From Candidatus Nanohalobium sp. (GTDB taxonomy: Archaea > Nanohalarchaeota > Nanosalinia > Nanosalinales > Nanosalinaceae), in the NCBI GenBank assembly GCA_042216335.1, contig JBDGTY010000039.1, forward strand, positions 1 through 16,732: a DNA stretch of 16,732 bases. Reading direction: 5' to 3'. Shown one piece after another: positions 1 to 8,532 of the stretch. The position numbers and the translations under genes are program-made. The stretch's first letter is position 1; every line of letters begins with the position of its first letter. The notes below the pieces were generated by a model. It saw only the letters and a list, made by a program, of their open reading frames with translations, did no database searches and was not told the DNA's origin.

Positions 1-2228
1 ATGTGTCCGAGGTTGCATGCCTCGTAATTCTCTAACGGCTGTTCACCGCAGTTGTGAACTACTAATCCATTGGCTATGAAGCTGTGAGTGTCTGGCTCCG
101 TTAGATCATAGACATCTTCATGTCCGTCCTTCTCTAGAGATTCTACTCTTGCTGTGAACTTTTCTCTGTAAGGTCCTCTTGTGTAATTGGATAGTTTTTC
201 TTCTAGTTTCCGGTTCTTGTCTTCTCTGAGGAATCCGATCTTTTCCTGGAACTCTAGAAGGCTACCTTTACTGATCATTAGATCGTGCTGTGCCTTGATG
301 TCGTATTCCTTCATGCCTCCTTTGCCGTCAGGCATCTCTCTTCTTCCTTCCTCTCTTCTCTCCGTGTAAACCTTGCTGTAGATTCCGAAGTTGAGAAGAA
401 GCTGCTGAGTTTCCTTGAGAAGCTCTTCGTCGCTGCTTGAAAGCCGTACAGACACGCCTTTTTCTACATTACCTTGTACAGAGCCGTCAGCTGTGAATAG
501 TCCCTGTAGGAATCCCTTGGCCATCTCTTTGCTCGATCTGAACACTTTTTCAGGAACCTGCAGTTTCTCTTCATCCAGATTATATTCGGAAGCCAGTTCG
601 TAGAGTCTTTCCGATCTTACTCTCTCTTCTCTGGCTTCTGCTGTCTGTCTGTGTCCCTCTCTTCTCTGGACCTGCTGTACTCCTATCTCATAGTCGCCGT
701 TCCCTTCAGGAGTTCTAACTACTTCGTTAGCGTACCCTGCGAATTCTTCCGAAATCTCTGTGTCTTCATCGTAGAAGTGGAGTACTGCTCTCTCCTCTGA
801 TTGCTTCATCTGGCCGTCGCCGACAAGCCATCCAAGGACGCGACCCTCTTCTTCTGAACCTCCGTGGCCGAAAGATCCTTCACGGTCTAGGATATGGAGT
901 TCATCGTCTTCCTCAAGGTTCTGTGCTTCCTTCCAACCGTCTTCTGTCATAACCTTATGGTCGGCCGTCAGTCTGAGTTCAAATCCTTCAACAGTCTCTA
1001 GCTTGTAGACATCTTTTGTACCTGTCTTATAGACGCTGGAAGCCTCCTTAACCTTTTCATCACTGCGTCTACTGTCGACAACTATATCAGTAGCGATTCT
1101 CTGCTCGTAAAGCTCCTCAGCAGTGAATACTCCCTGATCGGTTGAAATCAATGTATCTCCGGTTACACAGGGATTTGTGGCCTCTATCCGGTGTTCAGGG
1201 TGTTTTTCGGTGTCGAAGCTGTGCATCTTGTTGGCTTCGTCGTACATGAAGAGCCCTGGTTCTCCGTTTCTCCATGCACCGTCGATCAGGCATTCCCAGA
1301 TGAATCTTGCTGGCAAAGTCATTTCTTCGCCTGGCTCGAGATCTATGTCGTATTTCTGGACTTCTTCTCCGAAAGTGTGTGCGAAGTCTCTCCAGAAGTT
1401 GTCATCTTTCCCTTGGTCGCTTCCTGCTGCCTCCGGATACCATTCCTCATCGCTGTTGTAGAACTCCGCAGTCATCTCAGCGACTTCGAACGGTTCATCG
1501 GTTCTCGGGTTGATGAGTGTGTATTCTTCGTCGTTCTTGACTGCGTCCATGAAGTCTTCTGTTAGTCCGACGGAGATGTTGAAGTTTGATAAGTTTCCTT
1601 CCTTTCTCTTGGCGGTTACGAAGCGGAGGATGTCGGGATGGTCTACTTTCATGATTCCCATCTGTGCTCCTCTGCGCTTCCCTCCCTGTTTGATGGTTCC
1701 GCACATCGTGTCGTATACCTGCTGGAAGCTTAGAGGGCCGGAAGATACTCCTCCAGTAGAGCTTACGATGTCGCCTTTCGGCCTCATCAGGTGGAACGGA
1801 TAGCCCATGCCTCCGCCACTCTGGAAGATCTTTGCGGCGTCGTGAACAGTGGAAAAGATCGAGTCCATATCGTCCTCAGGGTGGACGACGAAGCAGGCTG
1901 ATAGCTGCTGCAGTTCTGCGCCCGCGTTCATCAGCGTCGGGCTGTTGGGCATGAATGCGAGGTTTGTCATAAGGTCAAAGAACTCCTGCCAGCTCTCATC
2001 GTAATCCACGTCATCGTATTCCTTGTCGGGCTGTGCGACGTTCTTGGCGACACGCTCGAACATCTCTTCCGGGGTCTCGACGGTCTCCCCTTCCTCGTCC
2101 TTCAGGAGGTAGCGCGACGGAAGGATGCGTTCGTACGCGTTCTCCGTCAGTCTTTCCTCGACTGTGTCGCCTGTTACTCTTTTGACTGGCAGTTTGAAAT
2201 CTGACTTTTGTTTGACTTTGTTAGCCAT
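1..2228 (-). CDS. nrdJ: Class II (adenosylcobalamin-dependent) ribonucleotide reductase, intein-containing, 3' end beyond the window
   Basis: Not in the ORF track because it has no stop in the window. Manual translation from ATG 2228 gives [44 protein letters not shown]...[20 protein letters not shown]...GGGMGY...[10 protein letters not shown]...HPDI..F...NFNISV...AWRNGEPGL...IEATNP[intein][16 protein letters not shown]. These are the canonical RNR motifs. The gene lies directly downstream of nrdR. Confidence 0.96.
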   Translation of the reverse strand, partial: MANKVKQKSDFKLPVKRVTGDTVEERLTENAYERILPSRYLLKDEEGETVETPEEMFERVAKNVAQPDKEYDDVDYDESWQEFFDLMTNLAFMPNSPTLMNAGAELQQLSACFVVHPEDDMDSIFSTVHDAAKIFQSGGGMGYPFHLMRPKGDIVSSTGGVSSGPLSFQQVYDTMCGTIKQGGKRRGAQMGIMKVDHPDILRFVTAKRKEGNLSNFNISVGLTEDFMDAVKNDEEYTLINPRTDEPFEVAEMTAEFYNSDEEWYPEAAGSDQGKDDNFWRDFAHTFGEEVQKYDIDLEPGEEMTLPARFIWECLIDGAWRNGEPGLFMYDEANKMHSFDTEKHPEHRIEATNPCVTGDTLISTDQGVFTAEELYEQRIATDIVVDSRRSDEKVKEASSVYKTGTKDVYKLETVEGFELRLTADHKVMTEDGWKEAQNLEEDDELHILDREGSFGHGGSEEEGRVLGWLVGDGQMKQSEERAVLHFYDEDTEISEEFAGYANEVVRTPEGNGDYEIGVQQVQRREGHRQTAEAREERVRSERLYELASEYNLDEEKLQVPEKVFRSSKEMAKGFLQGLFTADGSVQGNVEKGVSVRLSSSDEELLKETQQLLLNFGIYSKVYTERREEGRREMPDGKGGMKEYDIKAQHDLMISKGSLLEFQEKIGFLREDKNRKLEEKLSNYTRGPYREKFTARVESLEKDGHEDVYDLTEPDTHSFIANGLVVHNCGEQPLENYEACNLGH
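51..1169 (-). mobile_element. Intein with LAGLIDADG homing endonuclease (373 aa) in NrdJ at the NP/CGEQ site
   Basis: Begins [10 protein letters not shown] (block A). Contains [11 protein letters not shown] (block B), VLGWLVGDG (block C), [12 protein letters not shown] (block E) and LLLNFGI (block H). Ends [21 protein letters not shown] followed by Cys+1. It is 1119 nt and in frame. Confidence 0.96.
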
Positions 2229-2260
2229 GGTTAAACCACTTGGAAATATAGGTTAAGTTA

Positions 2261-2701
2261 TCATTTTGACTTCAGAGACTCTACAGCCTTCTTGAAAGAC
2301 TCCGCATCCTGGAAATTGTCGTAAACCGAGGCGAACCGTATGTAAGCCACCTCGTTCCTGGTGCTGAGCTCTTCCTTGATCCTGTTTCCTATCTCTCTAG
2401 TTTCTACTTCGTTCTTGCCTCGCACCATGTTCTTGACGGATTCGACGACTTCCTCAACGTCGTCATCTGTGAGAGATGTGCTTTTTGCGGCCTTCTCGAC
2501 TCCTTCACGTACCTTGTCCTCGTCGAACGTTTCTTTTTCACCGTCTTCCTTGATGACTTTGATGTCGAAGTCTTCCGCCTTCTCGTACGTTGTGAACCTC
2601 TCGCCGCACTCTGCGCACTCCCTTCTTCTCCGAATCTTTCCTTCAGATTCTCGCGAGTCGACGACCCGCGTATCTCCGTCGTCGCAGTAGATGCAGTGCA
2701 T
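2261..2701 (-). CDS. nrdR: Transcriptional repressor NrdR (Zn ribbon + ATP cone)
   Basis: MHCIYC...TRVVDSR...IRRRRECAECGERFTTYE zinc ribbon, then an ATP cone ending EVAYIRFASVY. A GAGGTAA RBS lies at 2711-2717 on the minus strand. Confidence 0.96.
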   Translation of the reverse strand: MHCIYCDDGDTRVVDSRESEGKIRRRRECAECGERFTTYEKAEDFDIKVIKEDGEKETFDEDKVREGVEKAAKSTSLTDDDVEEVVESVKNMVRGKNEVETREIGNRIKEELSTRNEVAYIRFASVYDNFQDAESFKKAVESLKSK

Positions 2702-2732
2702 TGGATATAGTTACCTCTGGCTGAACAATCAA

Positions 2733-2748
2733 CCACTACATGTCGTGG
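2733..2748. promoter_or_regulatory. NrdR-box-like operator 1 (CCACTACATGTCGTGG)
   Basis: Near-perfect 16-bp palindrome matching the bacterial NrdR-box consensus acaCwAtATaTwGtgt at most conserved positions, upstream of nrdR-nrdJ. Confidence 0.8.
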
Positions 2749-2765
2749 AGAACCTTCTCCCCTCC

Positions 2766-2781
2766 CCACTACATGTTGTAC
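2766..2781. promoter_or_regulatory. NrdR-box-like operator 2 (CCACTACATGTTGTAC)
   Basis: The first 11 nt are identical to box 1, and it starts 33 bp (about 3 helical turns) from box 1. Confidence 0.78.
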
Positions 2782-2810
2782 TTTCGTATCCAGTATTTAC
2801 CCTCCCACTC

Positions 2811-2819
2811 CTTATATAT
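2811..2819 (-). promoter_or_regulatory. Putative TATA box of the nrdR-nrdJ unit (possibly bidirectional)
   Basis: CTTATATAT (ATATATAAG on minus) is the only strong TATA-like element in the divergent intergenic region, about 30 nt upstream of box 2. Confidence 0.55.
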
Positions 2820-2901
2820 CCTGCGATGTTGACCAAAAACGAATGTTGAGCAGACAGTGACAAACCCGACTTAAGAGTTCTTCTCGAAGCCTGATTTAGA
2901 G

Positions 2902-3723
2902 ATGTCTCTGGAGGATCCTGAACCCACACTCGAGAAGATGGCCAGGGCGCTAGACGGAATGGAGATTAAAGATGCTGAAGAGAACTTTGCCAAATCCAGA
3001 GGAAAGGAAAATACAGTACCTGAAAGATTACAGGCATGGGCGGTTCTACACAACATACGGGAGAGCGCAGAGCCAAATCACGACAGCTTTGGCCATATGC
3101 GGGAAGCAGTTAAGAGTCAGAGGCTTGAACCGCTCCTCAAAACAGTGCAGACTAATCCGAGGAGCAAGCGTGATGAAGACCAGGAAGTTGGATACCACAG
3201 GTTTTCTGCGTTAAGAGCTTTGACAGAGGATGTAAATCCTCAGATGGTCTGCAGAGTAGGAGATACAACGCTTGAAGATACCATGGAAGAGTTCAAACGG
3301 GAAGGACTTGTGGATGAAACAATGGAGGGATACAAGCCCACCAGCAAAGGCAGAGCATTAGTGGAAGGGCTTTCACCCATCTGGAACTCCTACGATAACA
3401 AAATGGCAGGCGACAGCGAGGCCGGCCAGTTCATACAGAGCATAACAGGTTTCAACACTATTCCGGGAGAAAAACTGGATGCATACTTTCAAACTGTCGA
3501 AACAGACCACAGCATCTCTGAAATATCCGGAGACTTGAGCTGCAGTCAGAAAACAGTTGGGAACTGGTACAGACGATGGAGAGATGACTTCGATATGTTC
3601 GACGACACATTCTGTGATAGAAGACTAACAGTCACAGGAGGCAGAAACTACGCAGTTCTCTCCTATACCACCCACAGGATAGATGAATCCTCAGAAACGC
3701 AGTACATCAAAACAGAGTTTTAA
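2902..3723 (+). CDS. Hypothetical protein with two putative winged-helix segments
   Basis: 273-aa acidic ORF. TLEDTMEEFKREGLVDETMEGYKPTSKGRALV and SISEISGDLSCSQKTVGNWYRRW...RRLTVTG resemble wHTH recognition helix + wing patterns. Confidence 0.6.
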   Translation: MSLEDPEPTLEKMARALDGMEIKDAEENFAKSRGKENTVPERLQAWAVLHNIRESAEPNHDSFGHMREAVKSQRLEPLLKTVQTNPRSKRDEDQEVGYHRFSALRALTEDVNPQMVCRVGDTTLEDTMEEFKREGLVDETMEGYKPTSKGRALVEGLSPIWNSYDNKMAGDSEAGQFIQSITGFNTIPGEKLDAYFQTVETDHSISEISGDLSCSQKTVGNWYRRWRDDFDMFDDTFCDRRLTVTGGRNYAVLSYTTHRIDESSETQYIKTEF

Positions 3724-3746
3724 AAATAGCAGAACCAGCCCAAATC

Positions 3747-5534
3747 ATGACAGACAAAATTGTACCCGACACATCCATAATTATAGACGGAGAGCTCTCC
3801 GACCTGATTGAAGAGGGGGAAGTCTCCGATGTAGAAGTCGTTATCCCGGAGTTCGTGGTCGACGAGCTGGAGAATCAGGCGAACAAGGGAAGAGAGACCG
3901 GTTACAAAGGTATCGAGGAGCTGGAGAGTCTTCACGACTTCGATTCCATCGAGGTCTCCTTCACGGGCAGGAAGCCGACAACGGAAGAGATAGAGATGGC
4001 GCACCACGGCAGGATCGACGCACTCATCCGTGACGTTGCCGAGGAGATGGGTGCGACGCTCTACACCGGAGACTACGTCCAGTACCGAATAGCAGAGGCC
4101 AAAGATATCGATGTACGTTTCTTCGAGCAGGAAGATGAACTCGAGTTCTCCCTGGAAGACTACTTCGACGACAAGACCATGAGCGTCCACCTGAAGGAAG
4201 GAGAAGTAGCGAAGGCGAAGAGAGGACTGCCAGGAGAGTTCGAACTCCAGAAGATAGGCGAAGAAATAATCGAAAGAGAGGAGATCGACGAGCTGATCTC
4301 CGAGACAGTTGAGAACGCCGAGATGAGCGATGACGGCCTGGTGGAGATGGAGGGGAATGGCGCGACAGTCCTCCAGATCGGGAAGTACAGGATCGCCATC
4401 ACAAGACCTCCTTTCTCCGAAAAGGCGGAGATCACTGCCGTTCGGCCGGTCGCAAAGGTCGGTCTTGACGACTATGACCTGAGCGATGAGCTGATGGAGC
4501 GGCTGGATGAGAAGGCCGAGGGAGTGCTTATCGCAGGAGCTCCAGGGCACGGAAAGTCTACCTTTGCCCAAGCACTGGCCGAACACTACGAGGAAAAGGA
4601 CAAGGTTGTCAAGACTATGGAGAAGCCGCGTGACCTAGACGTAGGACCAGGGATCACGCAGTACACGGGACTTGACGGCTCGATGGAAAACACCGGAGAC
4701 TTTTTGCTTCTCGCACGACCCGACTACACTATCTTCGACGAGGTAAGAAAAACGGAGGACTTCGAGGTATTCTCCGACATGCGGCTCGCAGGAGTCGGAA
4801 TGATAGGTGTTGTCCACGCTTCGCAGGCGGTTGATGCAGTCCAGAGGCTGATCGGCCGAGTCGAGCTCGGCATGATCCCCGAGGTCTGTGACACAGTCAT
4901 CTTCATCCAGAACGCAGGAGTCGAGAAAGTCTACAAGGTCGAACTGACGGTCAAAGTACCGGAAGGGATGACGGAGGAAGACCTCGCAAGGCCTGTGGTC
5001 CAGATCTCACGCTTCGAGAATGATGCACCAGAATACGAGATATACACGTACGGAGAGGAGACAGTCGTCGTACCTGTAGAGGAGTCAAGCGTCGAGTCCG
5101 GAGCACAGAGACTGGCACGCGACCAAATCAAGCACCGCCTTCAGAAACACGTAAAGAACCCGCAGATAGAGTTCATCTCCGACGACCACATCCGACTCAT
5201 GGTAGATGAGAACGATATCCCGCAGATCATCGGCCAGGGTGGAGAAAGGATAGACGAGATAGAGGAAGAGCTTGGGCTCAGCATAACAGTCGAGCCCCGG
5301 GGCGCCTCAAGCCAGGAAGACCTGGACTACAGTATCGATGAGAGAGGAAACTCGGTCGTCCTCGAGATCGGCGAAAGCCACTCAGGTCAGGACGTCGACA
5401 TATTCGACGGCGATGAGTTCCTTTTCACAGCAACGGTCGGGAAGAACGGAGAGGTATCACTTACCAAGAGTTCGGACATGGCGGGAAGGCTCTTGAGATC
5501 AGCCTCCGACAACAAGTTGAGCGTGAAGAACTGA
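3747..5534 (+). CDS. PIN domain - P-loop ATPase - KH protein (PINA/COG1855 type, Holliday junction branch-migration ATPase family)
   Basis: N-terminal PIN (IVPDTSIIIDG, IPEFVVDELE, IDALIRDVA, LYTGD), Walker A GAPGHGKSTFAQAL, Walker B YTIFDEVRK, DMRLAGVGMIGVVHA, and a C-terminal KH loop IIGQGGERI. Confidence 0.92.
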   Translation: MTDKIVPDTSIIIDGELSDLIEEGEVSDVEVVIPEFVVDELENQANKGRETGYKGIEELESLHDFDSIEVSFTGRKPTTEEIEMAHHGRIDALIRDVAEEMGATLYTGDYVQYRIAEAKDIDVRFFEQEDELEFSLEDYFDDKTMSVHLKEGEVAKAKRGLPGEFELQKIGEEIIEREEIDELISETVENAEMSDDGLVEMEGNGATVLQIGKYRIAITRPPFSEKAEITAVRPVAKVGLDDYDLSDELMERLDEKAEGVLIAGAPGHGKSTFAQALAEHYEEKDKVVKTMEKPRDLDVGPGITQYTGLDGSMENTGDFLLLARPDYTIFDEVRKTEDFEVFSDMRLAGVGMIGVVHASQAVDAVQRLIGRVELGMIPEVCDTVIFIQNAGVEKVYKVELTVKVPEGMTEEDLARPVVQISRFENDAPEYEIYTYGEETVVVPVEESSVESGAQRLARDQIKHRLQKHVKNPQIEFISDDHIRLMVDENDIPQIIGQGGERIDEIEEELGLSITVEPRGASSQEDLDYSIDERGNSVVLEIGESHSGQDVDIFDGDEFLFTATVGKNGEVSLTKSSDMAGRLLRSASDNKLSVKN

Positions 5535-5568
5535 ACAGGCTTTTATTCAGTTGTTTCAAACTTAACGT

Positions 5569-6723
5569 GTGAGACAGCTACAGGTAACGGCACCTAACAG
5601 GAAGAAGTCAGAGGCCAGGGACGTTCTGAGGGAATACTCCAGCGAACTATCGAGTTCCGAGGTACAGAAGGACGGTGATGGAAGGAAGAAGGCGGTGGAG
5701 TTCACTGCCACGGTCGAGTCAGAGGATATCGACGAGCTTACGGAGGAACTGAAGGATATTGATGACCTTGAGAACGGAGAACTATCCATCCGGGTGCTTG
5801 AACAGGAGAGCCTGATCAAGAAAGGCCAGAAGACGAAGGGCTCTTTCTCCACTCTGAGCCAGGAGGAGATATACAGCAAGGCACAGGAAGCCGGACAGTT
5901 CAACATAACTCAGTGGAGCCTGGTGGCCGCCTCGTCAGCCATCGCGGCACTCGGCATCGCCTCGAACAGTATAATCGCAGTTATCGGAGCCATGATGCTC
6001 GCACCGATGCTCTCACCTTTCATAGCTTCATCAATCTCCCTTTCAGTCGGAGACCGAACTTTGATGAAGAAATCTCTGGCAGCTGGCACAGCCAGCATCT
6101 TACTGGCTTTCCTGACTGCCTTCGTGATTTTCCTACCGATAAAGTTCTCTGTGACCTCCGCACTCAGCACCGTTCTCGCACCAAGCCTCCTGGCAGTACC
6201 TCTCTCCATAATAGTAGGGGCAGCTGCCGCACTCAGCTTCACAACCGGGTTCCGAGATCAGATTGCAGGAGTGGCAGTGGCTGTAGCGCTTGTTCCTCCG
6301 ATCGCTGCGGCAGGACTGACATTCGGGGCAGGAAGATACCTCCTAGGTTTCAAGGCGTTAAATCTTGCGGTCATGAATGCACTGGCAGTACTGGTTTCCG
6401 GCTACGTAACTCTGAAAGCTCTCGGCCTTGAACCTTCGACCTACTACAAGAAGAAGGATGCGGAGGCGATGTGGAAGGCTGTTCCAATCGGCCTGGTTGC
6501 TATAATGCTTCTGGGCATCCCTCTCAGCTTTTCCTTCTATGACAGTTCTGTAAACATGGGAGTGGAAGATAAGGCCCGGGATTTTTTCGGTGATGGTTTG
6601 ATAGATGTGCAGAGGAATCAGGGAGAGTACACTGTGATCGCCACAGGGAATTACAGCATTTCCAGGTTCGAGTCACATTTTGATGAGAGGGAAGTCGATG
6701 TGATAATGCTGGAAAGGAAATAG
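5569..6723 (+). CDS. DUF389 / TIGR00341-family membrane protein
   Basis: GTG start. Small soluble N-terminal domain, then AVIGAMMLAPMLSP and IAGVAVAVALVPP motifs with about 7 hydrophobic helices. Confidence 0.85.
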   Translation: MRQLQVTAPNRKKSEARDVLREYSSELSSSEVQKDGDGRKKAVEFTATVESEDIDELTEELKDIDDLENGELSIRVLEQESLIKKGQKTKGSFSTLSQEEIYSKAQEAGQFNITQWSLVAASSAIAALGIASNSIIAVIGAMMLAPMLSPFIASSISLSVGDRTLMKKSLAAGTASILLAFLTAFVIFLPIKFSVTSALSTVLAPSLLAVPLSIIVGAAAALSFTTGFRDQIAGVAVAVALVPPIAAAGLTFGAGRYLLGFKALNLAVMNALAVLVSGYVTLKALGLEPSTYYKKKDAEAMWKAVPIGLVAIMLLGIPLSFSFYDSSVNMGVEDKARDFFGDGLIDVQRNQGEYTVIATGNYSISRFESHFDEREVDVIMLERK

Positions 6724-6745
6724 AAAGTAAATGGGAAAATAAGTG

Positions 6746-7906
6746 TCAGTGTTCTTTGCTCTTCTCTTTTTCGTCGCGGATGACTCTGTTCATCTCTGCG
6801 AGACAGTCGTCTACGACTTCTAGCAGGTCCCAGGCCTCTGACTGAACCGTGGTCTGGCCGTACTCGGAAAAGAGTTTCATCGTGGCCTCATAGCGATGTT
6901 TCTTGCCGTCTTTCTCCGCCTTTTTTACCCTGAGGTTGAGTTCCTTCGGCCTCTCCAGTTTTCTGCCAAGGCTGCCTCTCAGCTGTGTCTCGATCTTTTC
7001 GTGGACTGCGGCTTTTTCCTCGTCGACTTCGATGCCTGTCAGGTTGACCAGTACTGCGTTCCTCTGGCGGAGGTTGGCGACTTCCTCTATGAAGTCCTTG
7101 ACTGCAACGAAGCTTTCCGGGTACTGGTCATCGACCACTATAAGCTCTTTTGCATCTCTATCGGACATCTTCTGGATGGCTTCGTCCGCATCGACGTGTC
7201 CTTCAACCGTCAATGGCGTCCTGTCCATAATCTCTTCAACGTCTATATCCGACATCGAGTCCTTCTCCGATCCGCCTGAAATCCTGAGGTCGCTGAGCGA
7301 GTCCCGGGAAGTTCCTCCACTGCCCTGTCTCTCCCGTGAGATCATTACCTTCAGGAGATCGGTGGACTTGATGATACCTGTCAGTTTTCCATCGCTGTCG
7401 AGCACCGGGAGGCGGGAGATGTTGTTGTCCAGCATCCTGTGCCGTGCCTCCTCGATCGAATCCTCCTCGAACACCTTCAATACTTCGTTGGCGCCGAGGT
7501 CCATGGTCGTGACCTGTGAGAACTCTTCTGCATCGACGAAAGCCTCCCTAAACTCCTCGTCGCCGACTACTCCCTGGAGCTTGTCGTTATGTGTCTGCAC
7601 CAGCATCTTTCTTCCGGACTCGATCCTGAGCTCTGCGATATCGACCAGTGAATCGTCTGTGTCAAAGTTCGGTGGCTGATGCATCACCTTTTCCAGGCTG
7701 GCGGTGTCCGGATTGAACTGGACGTGCCTGATAAGATCTCTGTACCCAATAGCTCCTTCCAGACCTCCCTTGGAGTCGACCACAGGCAATGCACGGAGAT
7801 CGTTTTCCTCCATCCTGTTCTTGGCCTGTGCAAGGCTGGCATCGTTCTGCACGGTTTCCGGCTCTTCATTCATGACTTCGGTCGCGGATACGTCTCTCAA
7901 ACTCAT
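6746..7906 (-). CDS. 4xCBS + C-terminal HPF/RaiA-like domain; archaeal ribosome hibernation factor (Hib/AHA type)
   Basis: Four CBS repeats (e.g. MEENDLRALPVVD, MLDNNISRLPVLDSDGKLTGII). The last ~100 aa (VNLTGI...ELNLRVKK...RYEATMKL...VQSEAWDLLEVVDDCLAEMNRVIRDEKEK) follow the HPF beta-alpha-beta-beta-beta-alpha pattern. Start placed at ATG 7906, downstream of a GAGGTG RBS. Confidence 0.82.
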   Translation of the reverse strand: MSLRDVSATEVMNEEPETVQNDASLAQAKNRMEENDLRALPVVDSKGGLEGAIGYRDLIRHVQFNPDTASLEKVMHQPPNFDTDDSLVDIAELRIESGRKMLVQTHNDKLQGVVGDEEFREAFVDAEEFSQVTTMDLGANEVLKVFEEDSIEEARHRMLDNNISRLPVLDSDGKLTGIIKSTDLLKVMISRERQGSGGTSRDSLSDLRISGGSEKDSMSDIDVEEIMDRTPLTVEGHVDADEAIQKMSDRDAKELIVVDDQYPESFVAVKDFIEEVANLRQRNAVLVNLTGIEVDEEKAAVHEKIETQLRGSLGRKLERPKELNLRVKKAEKDGKKHRYEATMKLFSEYGQTTVQSEAWDLLEVVDDCLAEMNRVIRDEKEKSKEH

Positions 7907-7916
7907 TTTTCCCACC

Positions 7917-8417
7917 TCAGTCTACCAAATATTTGTCGGACTTTTTATCCATGTCGATGAAGTTATCGGCAGCCTCTCTCAGCTCCTTAGCACTGCTTCT
8001 TCCAAAGCTCATGACTTCGACCCTTGTACCCATCGCCCGCAAATGGTCGACAAGCACTGCAAAGTCTCCGTCACCAGTCACCAGGACAACGGTATCAAGC
8101 TTCTTCGCCTGCTGTACCATGTCGACTGTCATGCCGAGATCCCAGTCTCCCTTCTTCTCACCGCCATAGAACTCCTTCAGCTCCTTGATCTTGACCTCAT
8201 AGCCGATCTGACGCAAGGCCTCGAAGAAGTTATCCTCGCCAGGAGTCTCACCTTTAACGACATAAGCAGAGGCCCTAACCAGTTCACGGTTCATCACCGC
8301 TGAATCCAGGACCTTCTTGAAATCGACCTTTGTATCGTATAGATTTTTCGCACTGTAGTACATGTTTTGAACGTCGACGAAGACGCCGACTCTCTGATCA
8401 TTGTGGATATTAGACAT
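7917..8417 (-). CDS. NYN domain protein (LabA/DUF88, PIN-like nuclease fold)
   Basis: VGVFVDVQNMY, KKGDWDLGMTVD, LVTGDGDFAVLV..LRAMGTRVEV and LREAADNFID motifs. Start moved to ATG 8417 (MSNIH). Confidence 0.9.
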   Translation of the reverse strand: MSNIHNDQRVGVFVDVQNMYYSAKNLYDTKVDFKKVLDSAVMNRELVRASAYVVKGETPGEDNFFEALRQIGYEVKIKELKEFYGGEKKGDWDLGMTVDMVQQAKKLDTVVLVTGDGDFAVLVDHLRAMGTRVEVMSFGRSSAKELREAADNFIDMDKKSDKYLVD

Positions 8418-8532
8418 AAATTTTCTCACTTCAAGTTCGAATATACACTGAAAACCAGCCGGACCAATAAACATCCGGCAGCTTTCAATAAAACACAAAA
8501 GAAAAAACGAGTCTTATAAGAGGTTCGAATTC

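Noticed and set aside
187-1803. Several plus-strand ORFs and one short alternate-frame minus ORF in the track
   Set aside because: Shadows of nrdJ and its intein. They are Ser/Phe-rich antisense translations with no motifs.
2733-2810. CCACT-containing repeats as a mini-CRISPR, or a third NrdR box near 2805
   Set aside because: The repeats are too short and too few, and no cas genes are present. The third copy lacks the ACATGT core and the palindrome.
3720-4586. 288-aa minus-strand ORF
   Set aside because: Antisense to the well-supported PINA-like gene, with no recognisable domain.
6896-8303. Long plus-strand ORFs (258 aa, 199 aa and others)
   Set aside because: Antisense shadows of the CBS-HPF and NYN genes, expected from biased codon usage.
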